Source of the DNA: a virus
Taxonomy: Duplodnaviria; Caudoviricetes
DNA: 42,322 bases
Direction: 5' to 3' (one strand)
IMG/VR virus record: IMGVR_UViG_3300009104_000041
Span: 1-42,322 of that record
The notes beneath the pieces were generated by a model that did not search any database, had not been told where the DNA came from, and was given only the letters and a program-made list of their open reading frames with translations. Below, one piece after another: positions 14,549 to 21,601 of the stretch. A program made the translations under genes and the position numbers. The stretch's first letter is position 1; every line of letters starts with the position of its first letter.

Positions 14549-16766
14549 GGAACAATTGGCGAAGCTACTTGCCACGGAGAACATTATTGTTCGGCATGAT
14601 GCTTCTGCTCAAACTGCGTCCTTTGATGTTAAGGATCGGGTACTGACTCTACCTGTCTGGTCGACTATGGCTATAGACGATTCACTGCAAAGTGATGTCT
14701 ATGACCTGATGGTCGGACATGAAGTTGGTCATGCTCTTTGGACTCCTATGATTGAATGGCGTGATGCCATTGACGAAGGTGTCAACCAGAATATTCTTAA
14801 TATCTGTGAGGATCCCAGGATCGAAAAATTCGTTAAGCGACGATACCCTGGGTTACGCAAGTCGTTTACTGTTGGTTATATGGCTTTAATGAATGCCGGG
14901 TTCTTCGGTGATTTGGGTCGTGAGCTGACGGTGTTGGATCGTTTAAACATTCATTTTAAGGGCGGCGTTCAAGCCGGTATCTTGTTTACCGATGATGAAG
15001 TTTGGATGGTTGATGGTATCGAAGCGTGTGAATCGTTTGCCGATGTTGTGGAAATCGCCAAGAAGATTCAGATGGCTTATGCTGACTTGATAGAACAGCA
15101 GCAACAAGCAGAAGCGGTCAGAATGGGATACAGTTCCATAAAGGAAGGTGATGATGACCCCGATGATTATACCGAATGCCTAAAATCTGGTGATGAAATA
15201 AACACCGATAATTTTGATCCTGAGTATGATGAGGTTGATGATGAGGAAACTAACACTGTTGTTTCTTGGGAACAATCGCAACAAGAGTTGGCTGGTAAAA
15301 CACCTAATCAGGAAATCACTTACTTTGGTCTGCCAAAGCCGATAGTCAAGAATCTGGTTATTCCTCATAAGGAATGCCGTGAAGATATGACTCAACTCAT
15401 TAACAATTGGTATAATGAGCAAGTTGAATACAACATCAATTACCAGCGAAACGATGATGATTGGATTGATGAAGCACATGCGAATAAACGCTTCCATGAT
15501 TTTAGGGGTTCGACTCAGAAAATCGTGAACTACATGGTTAAGGAGTTTGAACGCAAGAAGGCTGCTGATGAGTACAAGCGTACCAGTATAGATAAGACGG
15601 GTATTCTTAATGTAACCAAGTTGCATGAGTACAAATTCAGCGATGACCTGTTTCTGAAACGTGCTATCATACATGATGGCAAGAACCATGGTCTGGTCTT
15701 CCTTCTGGATTGGTCAGCGTCGATGCACTACCTGATGCACAACACCATGAAGCAATTGCTTTCATTGGTTTGGTTCTGTAACAAGGTTGGCATTCCGTAT
15801 GAAGTGTATGCCTTTACGAATTCATGGCACACGGGTGGTATTGATAAAGATGGTCAACCTATAGAGCGTGACATATTACGAGAAGCCGCTCCGTGTTGGG
15901 AGTACAAGCATGATGACATTTATTTTGGCGCAGATAAGAATTTTAGATTGCTTAATCTGTTATCAAGCAGAATGTCAGCGAGACATCTGAATGAGCAATC
16001 CAGAAACCTGTTTACAATATCATGGAGTATGCAGAACAGATATGCTGGCCAAGTAAACTTGAGGGGTTATGATATGAGTTCAACCCCATTAGTCGAAGCG
16101 ATGGTAGCAATGCAACACATTGTACCTAACTTCCGTGAGCACTATAAACTGGATAAAGTTAATTTTATCTGTTTAACAGATGGTGAATCCAATACATCGT
16201 TTAGCGCAGTGTATGATGCTTATGGTGATACCGATAAGAATGGAAAATTCCGACACTATAAGTTTATCGGTCGTCATGGGTATTCAAATCGTTTGTTTTA
16301 TGAAGATCCAATGACACGCAAGACTTATGAAATTGAACGTGGTCATAAGCGAATGTCATCGTATCGTTTTGATGGTGAAGACCAGTTGGAGTTTCTTATA
16401 AAGTTACTCCGTGTACGGAACGATATCAACGCTATTGGTATCTATCTTGATGGCGGTAACACTGTAAGTCGCAAGACTATGGAGAAATATCTTGGATGGT
16501 ATAACTACAATCGTGACCTGCATAAGAAAATCAGAAAGCAGGGACGTAAAGATGGTTTTATTACTATCAAATCTGCTGGATATGATGAGTATTACATCAT
16601 GCCCACGGGTAAGATTGAAATTCAGGATGATTATGGGTTGCCTTTGGAAGATGGTGAAGCATCTGATATGTCCAAGGGTAAGTTGAAGAATATTTTTGCC
16701 AAGAACCAGAAGTCAAAATTCGGCAATCGGGTCATGGTAAATCGTATGGTAGACTTAATTGTCTAA
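14538..16766 (+). CDS. Metallopeptidase-motif + VWA domain protein (CobT-like partner of MoxR AAA)
   Basis: LAKLLATEN..., GHEVGHALWTP (HExxH), N..ED.RIE, KNHGLVFLLDWSASM (MIDAS-like), TPL.E and LTDGE motifs. Confidence 0.9.
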   Translation: MKIKEQLAKLLATENIIVRHDASAQTASFDVKDRVLTLPVWSTMAIDDSLQSDVYDLMVGHEVGHALWTPMIEWRDAIDEGVNQNILNICEDPRIEKFVKRRYPGLRKSFTVGYMALMNAGFFGDLGRELTVLDRLNIHFKGGVQAGILFTDDEVWMVDGIEACESFADVVEIAKKIQMAYADLIEQQQQAEAVRMGYSSIKEGDDDPDDYTECLKSGDEINTDNFDPEYDEVDDEETNTVVSWEQSQQELAGKTPNQEITYFGLPKPIVKNLVIPHKECREDMTQLINNWYNEQVEYNINYQRNDDDWIDEAHANKRFHDFRGSTQKIVNYMVKEFERKKAADEYKRTSIDKTGILNVTKLHEYKFSDDLFLKRAIIHDGKNHGLVFLLDWSASMHYLMHNTMKQLLSLVWFCNKVGIPYEVYAFTNSWHTGGIDKDGQPIERDILREAAPCWEYKHDDIYFGADKNFRLLNLLSSRMSARHLNEQSRNLFTISWSMQNRYAGQVNLRGYDMSSTPLVEAMVAMQHIVPNFREHYKLDKVNFICLTDGESNTSFSAVYDAYGDTDKNGKFRHYKFIGRHGYSNRLFYEDPMTRKTYEIERGHKRMSSYRFDGEDQLEFLIKLLRVRNDINAIGIYLDGGNTVSRKTMEKYLGWYNYNRDLHKKIRKQGRKDGFITIKSAGYDEYYIMPTGKIEIQDDYGLPLEDGEASDMSKGKLKNIFAKNQKSKFGNRVMVNRMVDLIV

Positions 16767-16803
16767 TATGTCGGGAATGAGACATTCCGTGTCGCAATCA
16801 TGG

Positions 16804-16832
16804 TTGACAGGAGGGTTTCAAACCTTTAGCAT
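16804..16832 (+). promoter_or_regulatory. sigma70-type promoter (TTGACA-17-TAGCAT)
   Basis: Intergenic; followed by GGAC like the other early promoters. Confidence 0.7.
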
Positions 16833-16896
16833 GGACGTCATATTGAGAGTACTCAATCAAACGTCTGTATAAGTAAATTCTAATATAGGAAATATT

Positions 16897-18093
16897 ATGA
16901 AAGTTGTGAGAATGAATGATAAGCGAATCGCTTTTGTAAACGCCGCACGGGAAGTTCTTGGGTCAGAAGCGACCGAGATTTCACGGTCAGAGTTACGAGA
17001 GGTCAGGGCTCGACATGAAATGCCTTGGCCGCAGTGGCTGACTAAAGGTTCGATGCAGAAGTCTCGGGGTGTGTATTGGCTCCCAGATGAACAGGGTCGA
17101 TACGGTTCTACTGAGTCGGTTGAGTCTGTTGTTGCTGCTGAACAGCAGGTCAATGCTGTTGCTATGGTGAAAGCCATCGAAACCATTGAAGAACAGGACT
17201 CTTATGTACCTGAGAAGTTTGAAGGGTACGTTGCCTGGGGTAATTTCAACACGGTAAGGGATGTCGTTAAGTCTAAAATCTTTTACCCCATCTTTATCAC
17301 GGGTATGTCCGGTAACGGTAAGACACTGATGGTCAAAGAAGTCAGTGCTAAACTCCATCGTGAGTTTGTCCGTGCCAATATCACCATCGAAACCGATGAA
17401 GATGATTTGCTTGGTGGGTTTCGCTTACAGAATGGCGAGACTGTCTGGCATGATGGCCCAGTTGTGATGGCCATGAAACGTGGCGCAGTACTCCTTCTGG
17501 ACGAGATTGATTTGGCATCTAACAAGATTATGTGCTTACAGCCCATACTTGAAGGTTCGTCAATCTACCTGAAGAAGATTGGCAAGTGGGTACATCCTGC
17601 TCCTGGGTTTAACGTCATTGCGACAGCAAACACCAAAGGTCAGGGTTCAGATGATGGTCGCTTTATTGGGACCAACGTGATGAATGAATCTTTCCTTGAA
17701 AGGTTCCCTGTCACTATCGAACAAACGTACCCGACCAACAAGATTGAGGAGAAAATCCTGGTCAATGAGTTGGCTAAAAACGATAAGGTCGATAATGATT
17801 TCGTGGGCAACCTTGTCAAGTGGGCGGACGTTATCCGCAAAACATTTATGGATGGTGGAGTTGACGAGCTTATCTCTACACGCCGTCTGGTACATATCGT
17901 AGGTGCTTTTAGCATCTTTGATAATAAGATGAAGGCTATCGAAATGTGTGTTTCACGTTTTGATACTGAAACAAAGGAGTCGTTCCTTGATTTGTACACC
18001 AAGGTTGATGCTGGTGTATCGGTTGATGACATTATGGCTGAAAAGTCTAATGATGATGATGAGGAATACGAATCCGAAGATGATGGCTTCTAA
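16897..18093 (+). CDS. MoxR-type AAA+ ATPase (the 'CobS-like' protein of T4-like marine phages)
   Basis: Walker A GMSGNGKT, Walker B LLLDEID, TANTKGQGSDDGRFIGTN and ISTRRLVHI motifs. Confidence 0.93.
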   Translation: MKVVRMNDKRIAFVNAAREVLGSEATEISRSELREVRARHEMPWPQWLTKGSMQKSRGVYWLPDEQGRYGSTESVESVVAAEQQVNAVAMVKAIETIEEQDSYVPEKFEGYVAWGNFNTVRDVVKSKIFYPIFITGMSGNGKTLMVKEVSAKLHREFVRANITIETDEDDLLGGFRLQNGETVWHDGPVVMAMKRGAVLLLDEIDLASNKIMCLQPILEGSSIYLKKIGKWVHPAPGFNVIATANTKGQGSDDGRFIGTNVMNESFLERFPVTIEQTYPTNKIEEKILVNELAKNDKVDNDFVGNLVKWADVIRKTFMDGGVDELISTRRLVHIVGAFSIFDNKMKAIEMCVSRFDTETKESFLDLYTKVDAGVSVDDIMAEKSNDDDEEYESEDDGF

Positions 18094-18106
18094 TTATTGG
18101 AAGCAA

Positions 18107-18139
18107 ATGGGGTATGGATTGCCATACCCCATAATTTTT
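18107..18139 (+). terminator. Putative intrinsic terminator
   Basis: 11-bp stem ATGGGGTATGG/CCATACCCCAT followed by AATTTTT. Confidence 0.6.
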
Positions 18140-18161
18140 AAACTTAAACATGGAGAAAAAC

Positions 18162-18941
18162 ATGACAGACAAAACAAAACTTTCGACAGCTGTAGCCGAG
18201 ACGGTGGAGTTTTGGAAGTATCATAAGGTAATACCTAAAGGTTATGTCTTAATGCCGTATGATAAGGTCAAAGGAATAAAAGCCGCTAAGACAAAAGACT
18301 TTTATACTGCAATAGGATTTCCCGATTATTGGGATGACCGTGCCGGTGGCGAGAAAATTCCAGGATTTTATATGTTCCTTTCGCTTACTGAGGCAGCTGA
18401 ATCAGCATCACCTGGGTGTGCTGTACCATCAGGCATCAAAGCAAAAGAATTAGTGGAGAATCTGACAGAATATTCTCCCAAAGCCTTGTATGAAGGTATG
18501 TCGGATAATGTTGCTGATAGAATTACAGCTCCAAAACCGACAGCTGCTAGTGACCATGGTCTTGGCAAGTGGCTTTATGATAATGACCTTGGCAAGGATG
18601 ATGTACAAGTCTTGGTTGTAATATTGGCTGATGAGGAAACTGGGGAGTTAGTTGGAGGTCCGAGATTAAAGAAAATTGAAGATGCCTGGTTTGAGCATAA
18701 TACAGAGAATAGTACACATGGTGACCGTTTCTTTGTTGCTAGTTATTCGGCTGTAGATGGTGAACATGGCACTGAAATGAATACCGTTTCAACAGTGATT
18801 GCTAAAGCTAATAAATCTAAATTGGATTTTATCCAACTGAAAGTTTATGAGAGAGTAATCCAATTGAATATGGAAGAACTTTTAGAAAGACAACGTGAAG
18901 CTTTAAGTGATTATGAAATGGAAGAGGATACAGAAGAATGA
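18162..18941 (+). CDS. Hypothetical protein
   Basis: GGAG RBS before the ATG at 18162; about 259 aa; no recognised motif. Confidence 0.75.
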   Translation: MTDKTKLSTAVAETVEFWKYHKVIPKGYVLMPYDKVKGIKAAKTKDFYTAIGFPDYWDDRAGGEKIPGFYMFLSLTEAAESASPGCAVPSGIKAKELVENLTEYSPKALYEGMSDNVADRITAPKPTAASDHGLGKWLYDNDLGKDDVQVLVVILADEETGELVGGPRLKKIEDAWFEHNTENSTHGDRFFVASYSAVDGEHGTEMNTVSTVIAKANKSKLDFIQLKVYERVIQLNMEELLERQREALSDYEMEEDTEE

Positions 18942-19195
18942 GTATTATAATGCCAAGAGTTATTGGATATGAAGTCTGTGAGTATACCAACAAAACTTTA
19001 GGTTGGTCTATAATGTCTAAAGATGCAGTACAAAGCACTTTAGATAAACGACAATTTAAAGTTGTAAAACGCTTTGATGATTTACAGGAAGCTAGAAAGA
19101 TGCTTGAAGAAGATAGGGATCCAGATACACATGAATCTCCTTATGTTCTACGATACATTTTTCAGGAGATTGAACCAGATGATAGTTTACATTGA
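18938..19195 (+). CDS. Hypothetical protein
   Basis: ATGA overlap. Confidence 0.65.
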   Translation: MSIIMPRVIGYEVCEYTNKTLGWSIMSKDAVQSTLDKRQFKVVKRFDDLQEARKMLEEDRDPDTHESPYVLRYIFQEIEPDDSLH

Positions 19196-19637
19196 TGGGT
19201 ATAGGTCTCATAACCTACAATTGTCAGCGTCACTATTAGAGGCTGTTTACTTTTATGCTAAAGAATTGTTAGGTGGTCGTCAAGCACGACATCTTACAAT
19301 GGAGATTAAGCTGACTAAAGAGTTAAAAAAGAAAACCGGTGCTTATGGGTTGTGTCATATTATAGATGATGATTTGGATAAACCCAGAGAGTTTATGGTC
19401 GAACTAGATGCTAGTATGGGAAATAGTTTTAAACAAATACTAATTTGGTTGGCCCATGAAATGGTACACGTTAAACAATTTGTCAAAGGTGAATTGTGGG
19501 ATTATGAAGATACTAGAGTTGTATGGAAATCTAAACAGTATTCAAATAAACAACCATATAATGAACAACCATGGGAGAAAGAAGCATATCGCTTAGAGGA
19601 GAAATTATTTAATCTTTGGGAGAAAAGTTATGGTTAA
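19179..19637 (+). CDS. Zincin-like metallopeptidase-motif protein
   Basis: AGGAG RBS before the ATG at 19179; LAHEMVHVKQF (HExxH) and Y..QPWEKEAY motifs. Confidence 0.85.
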   Translation: MIVYIDGYRSHNLQLSASLLEAVYFYAKELLGGRQARHLTMEIKLTKELKKKTGAYGLCHIIDDDLDKPREFMVELDASMGNSFKQILIWLAHEMVHVKQFVKGELWDYEDTRVVWKSKQYSNKQPYNEQPWEKEAYRLEEKLFNLWEKSYG

Positions 19638-19941
19638 AGAAATGGATAAGTATAGATGTTATTATGAAGCCGAATTTCCTGTAGATGAGTATGGGAGACT
19701 TGGTGGATTATATTCATTGGCAGATTTGCCCATTGCAAAATATGAGAAGTTGTATCGCAAAGGTAATGTAGTGGCCAGAAATGAACCTGGAACAAAGTAT
19801 CTAGTCCGTGATGTAGAAAGTATGTTTGAGATTTGGGTGCCTGTTAAAGATGTATATATGGGCGACCAAAAAAATGGTGGTGATGATGTACCATCAAAAA
19901 ATGGTAGCGAACACGTTAAGAGGAAATCGAAATTTGAGTAA
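19630..19941 (+). CDS. Hypothetical protein
   Basis: GGAG RBS; overlaps the upstream stop codon. Confidence 0.65.
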   Translation: MVKEMDKYRCYYEAEFPVDEYGRLGGLYSLADLPIAKYEKLYRKGNVVARNEPGTKYLVRDVESMFEIWVPVKDVYMGDQKNGGDDVPSKNGSEHVKRKSKFE

Positions 19942-20122
19942 GCGACAAAAATTATTGGATGCCGTAAGATTAGTTCGGCAAGAGGTCATTAAGGAATTAA
20001 AGACTGGAAAATTTGTAAAAGAAATTGAGAGATTTCAATTGGAAGAAGCTGTTAAATCTCTTGATACTACTGAAAAGTATTTGTTGAGTTATTTACAGGT
20101 GGATAAGTATTATGGTAAATGA
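19934..20122 (+). CDS. Hypothetical protein (TTG start, uncertain)
   Basis: AGGA upstream; helical-looking composition. Confidence 0.5.
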   Translation: MSKRQKLLDAVRLVRQEVIKELKTGKFVKEIERFQLEEAVKSLDTTEKYLLSYLQVDKYYGK

Positions 20123-20372
20123 TATCATGGTGACTCAAGATTTGCAAAGTTTTTTTCAATCTAAACAAGATAGAATTCGTAATGCTGATTATCCTGACCA
20201 GATGAGGCCTAAGCAGGACAGAAAACCTTTGAAAGGTATAGCCAGACAACTATATCTTGACAAGAGAGTAAAACTGTCTAACGCCGAGGCTCTTGCTAGT
20301 AGTGGTACTGGTATGGGTCTTATGAAACCAACCCCGGTACGAAAAAAGAAGGAGAAAAAAAATGAAACGTGA
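20112..20372 (+). CDS. Hypothetical basic protein
   Basis: Tightly packed 86-aa ORF. Confidence 0.6.
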   Translation: MVNDIMVTQDLQSFFQSKQDRIRNADYPDQMRPKQDRKPLKGIARQLYLDKRVKLSNAEALASSGTGMGLMKPTPVRKKKEKKNET

Positions 20373-20527
20373 ACGATATTAATTTAGAGCAGTATAATAA
20401 ATGGAGATAAAGACCTGCCAATGACAGTGCAGGCCACAGTGACGACTGTGAATATGATATAGAAGATAAACAAATACAAGTATGAAAAAGGCTCTGTTTC
20501 AACCGATATCCTCTGCTTAATGTTTTC

Positions 20528-20570
20528 AAACCCCACTGGAAGTCTTGTACAGCAGGTGGGGTTTGTTTTG
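20528..20570 (+). terminator. Stem-loop with T-rich tail; possible terminator closing the early block
   Basis: AAACCCCAC...GTGGGGTTT followed by GTTTTG. Confidence 0.5.
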
Positions 20571-20583
20571 CGTTTTCAATTCT

Positions 20584-20591
20584 TATAAATA
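20584..20591 (+). promoter_or_regulatory. T4-type late promoter TATAAATA
   Basis: Exact consensus 25 nt upstream of the synthetase-like gene. Confidence 0.7.
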
Positions 20592-20616
20592 AAAGAAATT
20601 TGAGGAGAAACTGACA

Positions 20617-21474
20617 ATGACACAATTGATTGACCCGAAGGAATTTACGGAGGCGGCGACCCATTTGAGGTCGTTTTTTTTTGACCGTGGTTTTGAAGAA
20701 GTACATACACAAAACAGATTATCAATATTAGCAGCTTGTGAAGATCCAACAACAGTAGCAACATATAATTATGCCGGAGAAATATGGCCATTGCCACAAA
20801 CCGGCCAAATGTGGCTAGAATACGAACTACTTAATAGACCCCATGTTCCGGGGTTTTTTTGTATCTCCACATCCTATAGAGAAGAACCAAATATTACAGA
20901 AGGTAGACATGATATTATTTTTCCAATGTTTGAATTTGAAATGCCAGGTACCATTGACGATTTAGAAAATATGGAAAAAGAACTTATAGAATATTTGGGT
21001 TGGTGTTCTAAAGGAGGAATTGTTGCTAAAGATTATCTAGAATGGTGTGAGATATATGAGGTAGACGAATTAGAACATCAGCACGAATCAGCGATGTGCC
21101 AAAATTGGAATGGTAGAGTTTGTATGATTAAAAACTTTCCCAATTATACAAGTCCATTTTGGAATATGAAACAGAATGGTGACGGTACTGCTGCGAAGAT
21201 AGATGTGATTATAGCAGGAATGGAAACTATAGGCTCAGCTGAACGTAGTAGTGATACAGATGAAATGAGAAATATGTTTCATACTATCTCTGATGGTCTA
21301 TATGCTAATTTGTTGTTTGATACATTTGGTAAGAATAGAGTAGAAAAAGAATTAGATGATTTTCTTGATTTAGATTTCTTTCCAAGAGTAGGTGGTGGGA
21401 TAGGCATGACACGTTTTATCAAAGCAATGAATATGTATAAAGTTAGCGGCATTGTAGCCAATATGCACGGATAA
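20617..21474 (+). CDS. Class IIb (Asn/Asp) aminoacyl-tRNA-synthetase catalytic-core protein lacking the anticodon-binding domain
   Basis: Motif 1 LRSFFFDRGFEEVHT lies near the N-terminus; motif 2 SYREEP....GRH...FPMFEFE; ETIGSAER; motif 3 GGGIGMTR. Only 285 aa; GAGGAG RBS. Confidence 0.88.
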   Translation: MTQLIDPKEFTEAATHLRSFFFDRGFEEVHTQNRLSILAACEDPTTVATYNYAGEIWPLPQTGQMWLEYELLNRPHVPGFFCISTSYREEPNITEGRHDIIFPMFEFEMPGTIDDLENMEKELIEYLGWCSKGGIVAKDYLEWCEIYEVDELEHQHESAMCQNWNGRVCMIKNFPNYTSPFWNMKQNGDGTAAKIDVIIAGMETIGSAERSSDTDEMRNMFHTISDGLYANLLFDTFGKNRVEKELDDFLDLDFFPRVGGGIGMTRFIKAMNMYKVSGIVANMHG

Positions 21475-21480
21475 AAAAGA

Positions 21481-21566
21481 TCCGGGGTGGCGGAACAGGC
21501 AGACGCACTAGGCAGTTTACCTAGGGTTCTTTGAACGTGGTGGTTCGATCCCACCCCCCGGAGCCA
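21481..21566 (+). tRNA. Non-canonical tRNA with GTT (Asn) anticodon and a long variable arm
   Basis: Acceptor TCCGGGG/CCCCGGA, G73, CCA; D-arm GCG...CGC; anticodon arm CTAGG-CAGTTTA-CCTAG; variable arm GTTC-TTT-GAAC; T-arm GGTGG-TTCGATC-CCACC. Confidence 0.9.
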
Positions 21567-21588
21567 AATTTATATTTAGTATTTCCTA

Positions 21589-21596
21589 TATAAATA
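21589..21596 (+). promoter_or_regulatory. T4-type late promoter TATAAATA
   Basis: Exact consensus 5 nt upstream of the gp5 ATG. Confidence 0.75.
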
Positions 21597-21601
21597 TTAG
21601 C

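Noticed and set aside
16897-18093. Calling the AAA ATPase a cobalamin biosynthesis gene (cobS)
   Set aside because: No cobN or other cob genes are in the window; it is a generic MoxR-VWA pair.
20369-20485. Short frame interrupted by a TAA (…YNKWR*RPANDSAGHSDD…), possible readthrough or pseudogene
   Set aside because: Too short and without a recognisable motif; cannot be distinguished from chance.
21513-21519. Reading the odd tRNA as an ochre suppressor (TTA) or Lys (TTT) tRNA
   Set aside because: With the 5-bp stem and 7-nt loop, positions 34-36 are GTT. TAA is the main stop codon throughout the window and genes are not fragmented, so there is no sign of recoding.
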